From the NCBI RefSeq assembly GCF_006345805.1, contig NC_043004.1:23498001-23562000 (forward strand): a stretch of 64,000 bases of DNA, written 5' to 3'. The stretch comes from Octopus sinensis (Eukaryota). The translations under genes were made by a program, and so were the position numbers. Shown here piece by piece: positions 41,151 to 51,400 of this stretch. The stretch's first letter is position 1; the number at the start of each line of letters is the position of its first letter. Below the pieces are notes generated by a model that was not told where the DNA came from, made no database searches, and worked only from the letters and a program-made list of their open reading frames with translations.

Positions 41151-41792
41151 CAGTGGTTTTCAAATAAGGTCTATATAAAAAGAGTTTTGGGGGTCCCCGT
41201 AAACAAAATAGTAAATTGAGGATCCACTGTAGTATTTTAAGGGTCCATGGAAAAATTTTGATTTTGATGTATTTATTGCAAAAAACAGCTAAATTTCTTT
41301 CTGTAATGTTTTATGTTTTATGTAGTTCAACTGCATGTGGAGGCACAATGGCCCAGTGGCAAGGGCAGCGGACTCGCAGTCGGAAGATCACAGTTTTGAT
41401 TCCCAGACTGGGCGTTGTGTGTGTTTATTGAGCAAGAACACCTAAAAGCTCCATGAGGCTCTGGCAGGGGGTGGTGGCAACCCCTGTTGTACTCTTTCAC
41501 TCCAACTTTCTCTCACTCTTTCTTCCTGTTTCTTGAGTAATGCTGTGATCAACTGGTGTCCCGTCCAGCTGGGGGGAACACATACACCATAGAAACCGGG
41601 AAACCGGGCACATGAGCCTGGCTAGGCTTGAAAAGGGCGCATAAATAAATAAAAGTTCAACTGCACAAGCTAATGTGTGAAAAACAATATAGGAATTTTG
41701 AAAAAAGTATCTATAAAACTAGTTTTTAAAGACCAGAAAAATATAGTGACCAAAGGGGTCCACAGGTATAAAAAAAAAGTTGAGAACCACTA
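41151..41792. mobile_element. hAT-like MITE interrupted by a SINE
   Basis: Termini cagtggttttcaa and ttgagaaccacta match the CAGTGGTTCTCAA-type hAT TIR, with inner inverted ggggtccac/ggatccac motifs. No 8-bp TSD is recognisable. Confidence 0.65.
41336..41653 (+). mobile_element. SINE family B with a 12-bp target-site duplication and (TAAA)n tail
   Basis: agttcaactgca at 41324-41335 and at 41654-41665. Confidence 0.92.
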
Positions 41793-43267
41793 GTTTAAGG
41801 AATAGACACTTTAGATCAGTCATAGATAAACTGCAGTTCATGGCATACCTAACAAAGAAGAATTACCTTGAAATTGTTTTAGCAGTGTGGCCCACTTGTT
41901 GACAAGCTGTGTCTCATGTGGACCACTTCTAAAAAAAAGGTTTTCCATGCCTACATTAAACAATGTCATCCTGTATTTCTTGCACAGAAGGCAAAAAAAA
42001 AAAAAATGTGAAGATGGTCATAATTGGAAGAACTTTGCACAGTCCATCATTGCTAACCCGGGACTAAATAGTAACAATTATACTATAATCTAAAATAATG
42101 AATGAATTTATATAAGTTTAACAGATGACATTATACTGTCCAATTTCTTACTCTCTCTCTCTCTCTCTCTGTTTCTTTACTACTCCCTCTCACCTACTGT
42201 CCTTATACTCTTTAACTTGCTGCTAGATTACATGATATAATAGTAGGGCTCTCATTGTCTCTCATTCTCTCTCTCTTGTCTCTCTTCTCTTTCTTTCAGT
42301 CTCTCTCTCTCCTTTAGCTCAAGAGCCCACCAACAACTAATGAACCATATAACTTACAATATGTCAGAAGACCACGTTGCCAATTTATACAACCGTGCAG
42401 TTATAGTAGAATTGACAACACACGATTCCTCAATAAGCAGTGATACTATGTATGCCAGTGTTCAAGACATGCTTGTTTCTTATTCTTAAATGAAACAAAA
42501 ATTTGGCATGCATCTAATGCAACCGTATTACAGATGGGATACTGAGTGTATGACAAAACATTAAATTTGCTTTTCCCACAAAATATACATATTTTCTACA
42601 AAAACATAGGGGTTTGTCTATTGCGAGAGCATATCTTATACACCGGCAAATACAATAGCTATGTGGTCTATTCCCTCATACAGGGTTTGTTTGTCTTTAC
42701 TGCTTCTAAAGTCCAAACAGCTTACTGGCTTGGTGTGTGGGAGTGTATGGGTGTAGATGTGGGGGATAAGCTGCAGTTGCCATGGCTACAACTCTTTGCT
42801 TCTACATCAAATAGTACTTGACTTTGAAAACAGCAGTCGATAGTTCATTTATGTGTGTGCGTGTGTGTGTGTGTCGATTTGTTGATAAACGTAAATATTT
42901 ACTTAAATGTTTACTTGTACCTAAAGGCCTCATGCAGTTACTGCTTATAAACACCACATGCTCCTAACACATGCATTGAAAGTACTTGGCCTTTCACGAT
43001 GAAATCACAAAGAAATAATACACATGCATACACGTGTGCACATATATACAAAAACATACATACATATGTTCTCATCCACTCATATATATTTATATACATA
43101 TCTATCTTTCTATCTATCTATCTATCTATATATATATATATATATTTTTATTTTATAGAAGGAGCTTCTACAGGACTAGAACTGTTATAACTTACAATAT
43201 GTCAGAAGACCACGTTGCCAATTTATACAACCGTGCAGTTATATATATATATATATATGTAGACATA

Positions 43268-43429
43268 GGAGTGGCTGTGTGGTAAGTAGCTTGCTTACCA
43301 ATCACATGGTTCCGGGTTCAGTCCCACTGCGTGGCACCTTGGGCGAAGTGTCTTCTACTATAGCTTCGGGCCGACCAAAGCCTTGTGAGTGGATTTGGTA
43401 GACGGAAACTGAAAGAAGCCTGTCGTATA

Positions 43430-43492
<63 letters not shown>

Positions 43493-43712
43493 GTATGCAT
43501 GTATATGTTTGTGTGTCTGTGTTTGTCCCCTCAACATCGCTTGACAACCGATGCTGATGTGTTTACGTCCCTGTAACTTAGCGGTTCGGCCAAAGAGACC
43601 GATAGAATAAGTACTAGGCTTACAAAGACTAACTCCTGGGGTCGATTTGCTCGACTAAAGGTGGTGCTCCAGCATGGCCACAGTCAAAGTGACTGAAACA
43701 AGTAAAAGAGTA
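43268..43712 (+). mobile_element. Full-length SINE family A
   Basis: ggagtggctgtgtggtaagtagcttgcttacc...ggttccgggttcagtccc (B-box-like)...gactgaaacaagtaaaagag. Confidence 0.9.
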
Positions 43713-43723
43713 AAAAGCGAGAG

Positions 43724-43756
<33 letters not shown>

Positions 43757-43825
43757 GGAGTAAACACATAAATGTGAAACAAGGTGGAAAAAAGAGTACT
43801 CAAATACCAGTGGTAGAGTAATATG

Positions 43826-43991
43826 CTTTATTTAAAGCAGCAGAAAATTCAACAAAATCTGTTACTCTGAGTTTCTCGTTGCCGTTCATCAGAGAGTTTT
43901 TGCAGTTTTTTCTAGCAAAAACTGTCTGATGAACGGCAACGAGAAACTCAGAGTAACAGATTTTGTTGAATTTTCTGCTGCTTTAAATAAA

Positions 43992-43992
<1 letters not shown>
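43826..43992. repeat. Perfect 68-bp inverted repeat (two opposed hammerhead motifs)
   Basis: 43826-43893 is the exact reverse complement of 43925-43992. A degenerate relative lies at 62020-62200. Confidence 0.95.
43918..43964 (+). ncRNA. Minimal type I hammerhead ribozyme motif (Penelope-type)
   Basis: aaaactgt CTGATGA a-cg-gcaa-cg-a GAAA ctcagag TA acagatttt. Stem I is ctgt/acag plus A-U pairs. Stem II has a GNRA loop. Helix III is palindromic ACTC-A-GAGT. The cleavage triplet is GUA. Confidence 0.6.
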
Positions 43993-44047
<55 letters not shown>

Positions 44048-44558
44048 ATATATACATATAAAATGAGGGCACACACACATGAATATATGTATACGTTATA
44101 TACATATTCTTTTATTCTTTTTTGTGTTTCATTCATTTGCTGAATTAAGTCAAGTAAATCATACCCCAGTAATTGTTTTTAAGTCTCTAATTGCTTTTCT
44201 TACTGTCAAACTGCTTAGTTATGGTGACATAAACAAACCAACACCAGTTGTCAAGCTGATGTGGTGGTGGTTGTGGGAGGGGACAAACAAAAAGCCACAT
44301 GCGCGTGCATGCACACACACATACAAATATGCAGAATATATATACATACATAATTACATTATATATATATATATAACGGGAAAGTTTACCAAAATAAACA
44401 AAAGACGAAGGCAGGTGGAGTACAAACAAACAAATGTATTAGTATAGCGCTCAGGAATAGAAATAGAAAAAGTCTTTTACATTTTGAGCCTACACTCTTC
44501 GACAGAAAGATACACAGAAAAAAACAAGGAGAGAAAAAAAATGCGTGTAGGAGCTAAC

Positions 44559-44624
<66 letters not shown>

Positions 44625-44993
44625 ATATATATATATATAATATATAGTTAATGCAAACATGAAAACACAAAGAGAAAACACAACAACGCGGGGACATGGA
44701 ACAAGTATAGTGTTGTTGGACGCTAAGGAAAGGATAGAAAGAAAGAGGATTTAACGTTTCGAGTGGAGCTCGTCGTCAGAAACATAGAAAAAAGGAAAGA
44801 TCCAAGGAAAGAAAGACGGAGGAAAAAAATCGCCAACGGTACACACGCGGTCACATTTTGAATATATATATATATATATCACGTGATCACGTGACCGACC
44901 AACCTATCAGATGTTGCTACACATCGCTGGTCACAATGCGCTTCACATTGTTTTAGCCACCAAATGACGCCACCCTGCTGGCTAAGCGAGCAG

Positions 44994-45040
<47 letters not shown>

Positions 45041-45224
45041 GCAAGGATGAATCAGAAAGTGATGCAAATAAAAATTGCATGACTTTCTGACACATTCTTG
45101 TGCACACGCGTGTATGAGTGTTTGTGTATGCACATAATGTATATATATATATATATACATAATATGTGTGTATAGATATGTGTGTATAGATATGTGTGTA
45201 TAGATATGTGTGTGTGTTCTTTTA

Positions 45225-46062
45225 TTCTTTTACACATTTCACTCCTTTGACTGCAGCCATGCTGGAGCACTACCTTGAAGAGTTATAGTTGAACAAATCG
45301 ACCCCAGGACTTATTCTTTGTATGCCTAGTACTTATTCTATCGGTCTCTTTTGCCGAACCATTAAATTATAGGGACACAAACACACCAACACCGGTTGTC
45401 AAGCGCTGTCAGGTGGACAAACGCAGACATAAAGATACACAAATATGTATACATACATATATATATACAACGGGCTTCTTTCAGTTTCCATCTACCAAAT
45501 CTACTCAAGGCTTTAGTTGGCTAGAGGCTATAGAAGACACTTGCCCAAGGTGCTACACAGCAGGACTGAACCCAGAACCATGTGGTTGACAAGCAAGCTT
45601 CTTACCACACAGCCATATATAATATAATATAATATATAATATAATATGATATAATATATATAGGCGCAGGAGTGGCTGTGTGGTAAGTAGCTTGCTAACC
45701 AACCACATGGTTCCGGGTTCAGTCCCACTGCGTGGCATCTTGGGCAAGTGTCTTCTGCTATAGCCCCGGGCCGACCAATGCCTTGTGAGTGGATTTGGTA
45801 GACGGAAACTGAAAGAAGCCTGTTGTATATATGTATATATATATATGTGTGTGTATATGTGTTTGTGTGTCTGTGTTTGTTCCCCTAGCATTGCTTGACA
45901 ACCAATGCTGGTCTGTTTACGTCCCCGTCGCTTAGCGGTTCGGCAAAAGAGACCGATAGAATAAGTACTGGGCTTACAAAGAATAAGTCCGGGGTCGATT
46001 TGCTCGACTAAAGGCGGTGCTTCAGCATGGCCGCAGTCAAATGACTGAAACAAGTAAAAGAG
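45225..46062. mobile_element. Head-to-head pair of SINE family A copies
   Basis: A minus copy at 45225-45615 and a plus copy at 45665-46062 are separated by about 50 nt of AT-rich DNA. Confidence 0.9.
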
Positions 46063-46449
46063 TATATAACACATGCATATATATATGTACACACACATGC
46101 AACTGACATTCACACTATTTCAGTTTGCTAAATATTTGCTCCCATGGCATTGCTTCACATGAGGCTGTAGTAGAAGGCACTTGGCCAGGGTGGGTGTCCG
46201 GAATGGGACAGAATCTGAAACCATGTCCACATTATGTACACATGTGCATGTACATATTCTCATACATTTGCACACATTATATATACATATATACATCTAT
46301 GCACATTGTAAACATTGCATACGCACACACACACACACAAATATTATGGTTACATATACACATAAGCCATTTGTGTGTGTGTGTGTGTGTTATGTACCCT
46401 AGTGTCAACACAGATGATCCCCACACTTTCATGCACTGCATATGTTGCT

Positions 46450-46475
46450 AGTGGCGATACTACTACTACTACTAT

Positions 46476-46511
<36 letters not shown>

Positions 46512-46525
46512 GTCAACTAGTAGTG

Positions 46526-46557
<32 letters not shown>

Positions 46558-47233
46558 GATGGATGTTTTGATACGGAAAAATTTACAAGAAAAAGTAAAT
46601 ACTGCACATGGTCAAGATGATAACAGCGGTAGCTGTGGTATTGGTGGTGGTGGTGGTGATGACGGGAGCTGTGGCGGTGACAGTGTTCTTGCCGTCGCTG
46701 TTGGCGCTGGAGCTGATTGTGATGATGACGGCGGCGGCGGCGGCATTCTTGTTTTGTTTATTATTATTTGCTGTTGTTGTTTGTGCTATCGCTGCTGCTG
46801 CTGCTGCTGCTGTTGTTGTTATTACCGTTGCTGCTGCTGTTGTTGTTGTTGTCGTTGTTGTTGTTGCTACATGTTGCAGCAGCAGCCACCACGTAGCTGC
46901 TGCTGCTGATGCTAGCAACTATATACAGTGGTACTCCATTCAAACGTTCATCCTCTTGTTGCAAACATGATGATTGCTAGTTCGATCTCCGGTGATCGGC
47001 AGCGGTGGTAGTTTCTAATATCTCTGTTGTTGTTGTTGTTATTGCTGTTGCTGTAAGTAATTGCTAAATTGCTTTCATCATTGCTTACTTGGTTGCTGTC
47101 TTGCTAGCAAGTGTTGCCGTTGTTGTCACAATGTGTCTCCTTCGAGCGATTCTGTTTTGGCAGCTGTTGATGTCGTAGACGTTATTATTGTTGATATTGA
47201 TGTTGATGTTACAGTTGTTATTGTTGTTGCTAC

Positions 47234-47265
<32 letters not shown>

Positions 47266-48760
47266 CAGTAGTAGCAGTAGTACTAGTAGTAGTAGTAATG
47301 GTAGATGTTATTAACGTTGTTGATGTTATAGCAGCTACCACATCAGCTATTGTTGTTGTAGTAGTAGTAGTAGTAGTAGTCGTCGTAGTAGTAGTAGTAG
47401 CTGTTGTCGTTGTTGTTGTTGTTGTCCGCTCGGGAAAGATTTTGTTACGGTTTTGTAACAGTTGTTGTTGTTGCTGCTGATGTTATTTGCGCTGCTGCTG
47501 ATGATGGTGATGACGACGACGACGACGATATAACTGCTAGTATAGGTGGTAGTTGTGGTGGTGGTGGTAATAGTAACGTATATAGTTTCTGGTATTGTTG
47601 GTGTTGCTGCTGGTGGGCTTGGTAGTGGTATGAATAGTAGTAAAACAGTGGTAGTTTATGCGGTAGTTGTGGTGGTAGTAGTGTTGGTTTTCGTTGCTGT
47701 TTAGCTGTAGGCCGTCAGCCCTCTTCAAATAGACCTATAATCAAAGACGTTCCATCCATGACTAGCCTTCGTTATTATTATTATTATTATTATTATTACG
47801 CTTAGCAATATTGTACTCAGACTACGTTTTCCAATGTATCTAATTTTTTTAAGACAATTAAGTGTGGTTTGAGGCGGATTTGGTTGCTATTACTAGCAGG
47901 ACAGGGAACACGAAGAGACGACTTAAGTCTCGTGGTTATTATGATTGTTATTACTATAAATTATTGTTGCTGTTATTACTTTGTTATTGCTCCTGCCGCC
48001 GTTGTTATTACTCCAACTGTTGTTGTTATTACTGGTGTTGTGGGTTTAGCAGAACCGGCAGAACATTTAGACGATATAAAATGCGATGCGTGCGGTATTT
48101 CTTCCGGCTGTTTAACGTTCCTGAGTTCAACCCCCGCCGCCGAAAGTCAACTTCTTTGCCTTTCCGTTCCACCGGGATCGATATACGATAATCTACCACC
48201 AATGAGGGTACTGAGGTGGGGGTCGATGCCATCGACTTTCCCCCTCCCCCACCGATTTCTGGCTTCTTGGATATTATCAGAAACAATTATTATTGATATG
48301 ATAGTAAAAACAGGAGTGGTTTAGTAATGCTGTCCGTAAAATCTGTCCGTAAAAACTGTTTCTCGTTTACGACGAAAACAATTTGACGCCGGGATGTTAT
48401 TGTTGTTGTTTTGTTGTTGTTTTTGCTATTGTCATGTTTAAACTAATTAAAATACAAAATGTTGTTGTTGTTGTTGTTGTGCTGCCGAGTGTGGAGTCTG
48501 GTCGGTGGTGGTGGCTGCAGCAACGTCAGTAGAGACAGCAGTAAATTGTTGCAGCTGTTGTACTGTTGATGGTGGCGATGGTTGTAATGGTGGTGGTGGT
48601 GGTAGAGGTGGTGTGGTGGTGGTGTTTGTTAGTGTAGTGGTGATGGTAGAGATGGTGGTAGGGGTGGAAGTGGTGAGGGGCGCAGTGGTAGTAGTGGTGG
48701 TGGTGGTGTAACGATGGTTGTGAGGAGGCTTGGGTGGTAGTAGTGGAATAGTTGTAAAGG
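46450..48760. repeat. Compound trinucleotide microsatellite field (CTA, GTA, GTT, GCT, GGT)
   Basis: Directly visible. It generates many low-complexity ORFs. Similar smaller fields lie at 13620-13830, 14570-14850 and 60770-60960. Confidence 0.9.
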
Positions 48761-48932
48761 TGTTGGCGCAATCAATAACTATGAAATTAAAACAAATAGA
48801 CTCTGTTGTTATTTTAGTCCTCATTTGCCATCACAGCAAAGGTCATGCTGGAGCACAATATCTATTCTGATTGGGAATTAGAAAAAGATATTCCTCCTTT
48901 GTGTCCAATGCATGCACCACATAAAAAGTATT

Positions 48933-48982
<50 letters not shown>

Positions 48983-49119
48983 AAATAAATGGCACCACGA
49001 AGCACCGATATTTACTGGAAAATAGCGAACGTAATAAATACGACGCTAATGTATAGCTTCACTGCGTATGTACTAGTAAAGATGCGTGTGTGCAACAAAC
49101 ATGAAAAAAATTGTCTTAC

Positions 49120-49134
49120 CTCTAGGAAGAACAT
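49120..49134 (-). CDS. Candidate 15-nt microexon of the guanylyl cyclase (x-AT GTT CTT CCT AGA G = D/N/Y/H-V-L-P-R-E)
   Basis: The minus strand reads gtttttcatttttcag|ATGTTCTTCCTAGAG|gtaagac. Its last G joins AG of exon 22740 to make GAG (E). The result xVLPR-EIYQKV aligns with NPR1 DLSPK-EIIERV. An in-frame TAG just upstream excludes a longer exon in this frame. Confidence 0.62.
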
Positions 49135-49759
49135 CTGAAAAATGAAAAACCTAGAAACGGATATATATATAGAAACGGATATATATCAACAGAGGAGTCC
49201 ACTGTTATCCATAGGCAGGAGAGGTGCAGATGAAGTGTGGAAAGTCCAGTAGAAGTTCCTGGGTGATGAGAGGAGACAGGATCAACTGGTGCGACCACTA
49301 TATATATATATATCCACATGTACATACACAGACACATAGGTACACACTGTCATCCTCATTGTCAGCATCATCATAATATGCCCATTTTCCATGCTAGCAT
49401 GCGTTGGATGGTTTGACAAGAACTAGAGAACTGCTTGAGCTCCATATCTATTTTGGTATGGTTTCTTCCTAACACCAACCACTTTACAGGGTGTACTGGG
49501 TGCTTTTATCCAACACCAGTATAGGTGCTTTTATGTGGCACCAGCAGAGGTGCTTTTTATGTGTTTGTCCCATAGGACCATAGATTTACACCTGTTAAGT
49601 CTTGCTTCAGTTTTGTTGGCAGAACAGCACCTGTTGTGACTGTAGGGACCCACACATGCACAACAGTTTTGGCTGTAGTTCTTACATATGAAAACTTAGT
49701 TAGCCAGTCTTGTATTGGTGCCGTTTCTCTTCATTGGCAAGCCCCAATCTCTCCTCTCA

Positions 49760-50810
49760 ATCCCTTGCCAAGTTCTATTTGCTTGTGATGGTGGTGGTGG
49801 GGTGGGGAGGTGATCACCAATAATGTCCTCATTTCAACATGTCTTTCTTGTAAATGTCTTAGAAAGGAAGATGGAGCTAGCCATGTCTTTTCCTGCTGGA
49901 AGCCAGTTCCCCATTCATCAGATCTTTCAGGCTTAGTTCACCTGACATGCACTGTGCATGGCCTAACCAGCAGAAGGTTCATTGTAGTTGTGGGACGAAG
50001 AAGCTGGGCAGTTGGGCACAAACCAGGATTTCATCAGCTCACATAATATCCAGCATCCATCTTTGGCTGAGTAGTAGTGGAAGGAGTTGAAATGTTCCTC
50101 TTGTCTGGAGTATAGGCACCAGGTCTCATTGTCATATAGCATGTGCTAAGGACACAAGCTCTGTAAACAGCAGCCTTTATATGTGCCATTAGCCAACTGT
50201 TCTCTCAGACTTTTGTTGTCACCCTAGCTAGTGTTGAAGCTTTTTTCTGATGTGTTTGATCATCTCAGACTCTAGAGAAGCTATATCTGTGGTATATATC
50301 GGCGGCGAGCTGGTAGAATCGTTAGCACGCCGGGCGAAATGCGTAGCCGTATTTCGTCTGCCGCTACGTCCAGGGTTCAAATTCCGCCGAGGTCGACTTA
50401 GCCTTTCATCCTCTCGGGGTCGATAAATTAAGTACCAGTTGCGCATTGGGGTCGATATAATCGATTTAATCCGTTTGTCTGTCCTTGTTTGTCCCCTCTG
50501 TGTTTAGCCCCTTGTGGGCAGTAAAGAAATATATATCTGTGGCATTGTATCTGAGGTATATAAATTTGTAGACTGCCTTCAGCTTGCAGTTGCTGACAGT
50601 AATGGTTGAAGGATGCTCAATGCCTTGGCCCAGCACTTTCATCTTCTTCAGATTGATAGTCCAGCTGATGTTTCGACAGGCTCTTGTGAAAATCTCAATG
50701 AGACATTAGAGTTACTCCCAACAACATCAACGTATCTCTGAAGAGTACATTTTGTAGTTTGGGTTTTGTCCTGTCGGAACAGTCTGAGCAGTTTCCTATT
50801 TGATCTTGTC
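49760..50810 (-). mobile_element. Degenerate RTE (BovB-like) LINE fragment, interrupted by a SINE
   Basis: Minus frames give RFSQACRNISWTINLKKMKVLGQ..KFIYL and SLESEMIKHIRK..KAAVYRACVLST, matching RTE ORF2 C-terminal motifs. Confidence 0.82.
50293..50531 (+). mobile_element. Intact SINE family C with an 11-bp target-site duplication
   Basis: tatatctgtgg at 50282-50292 and 50532-50542. tRNA-like head with B box gggttcaaattcc. CpG-rich. Confidence 0.92.
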
Positions 50811-50904
50811 TGAGGGGAACACTATATGCACACATATATATAGGTGTGTGTATGCATATATCATTTTCCTCCTCCTCCTCATCATCATCTTCTTACATCC
50901 ATCT

Positions 50905-51054
50905 TCCATTATTTCTATTATTTACATTTGATGGATATTTGTCCTTATCTTGTTTGTTGTTAACACAATGTTTCAGCTGATATACCCTTCAGCCTTCTTC
51001 AGGTGTCTTGGGGAAATTTTGAACCTGAGTTCTCATTCCTAAGGTATTTTTTGA

Positions 51055-51104
<50 letters not shown>

Positions 51105-51232
51105 TCACTGCCTGGAATTGAACTCCAAATCTTGGGGTTAGTAGCCTGCGCTCTTAACCACTATGGCATATGCCTGTAGGCATATGGCCTGGTGGTTAAC
51201 CCCAAGATTCTGATTTTGATTGCAGGCAGTGA

Positions 51233-51269
<37 letters not shown>

Positions 51270-51400
51270 TATAATTATAATAATAACCCAAGTTTGAAAT
51301 TTCCCCAAGAAACCTGATGAAGGCTGGAGGGTATACAGCTGAAACATTGTGTTAACAATAAGCAAGATGAGGACAAATATCTGTCAAATGTAAATAATGT
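50905..51400. mobile_element. Palindromic fold-back element centred on catatgcctgtaggcatatg
   Basis: tttacatttgatggatatttgtcc...caggtcactgcc (left) mirrors ggcagtgacctg...ggacaaatatctgtcaaatgtaaa (right), including mirrored (ATT)n/(AAT)n tracts. Confidence 0.88.

Noticed and set aside
41867-41928. 62-nt minus-strand AG...GT segment as an extra GC exon
   Set aside because: The length shifts the frame and the open frame (SGPHETQLVNKW...) has no similarity to the kinase-homology domain.
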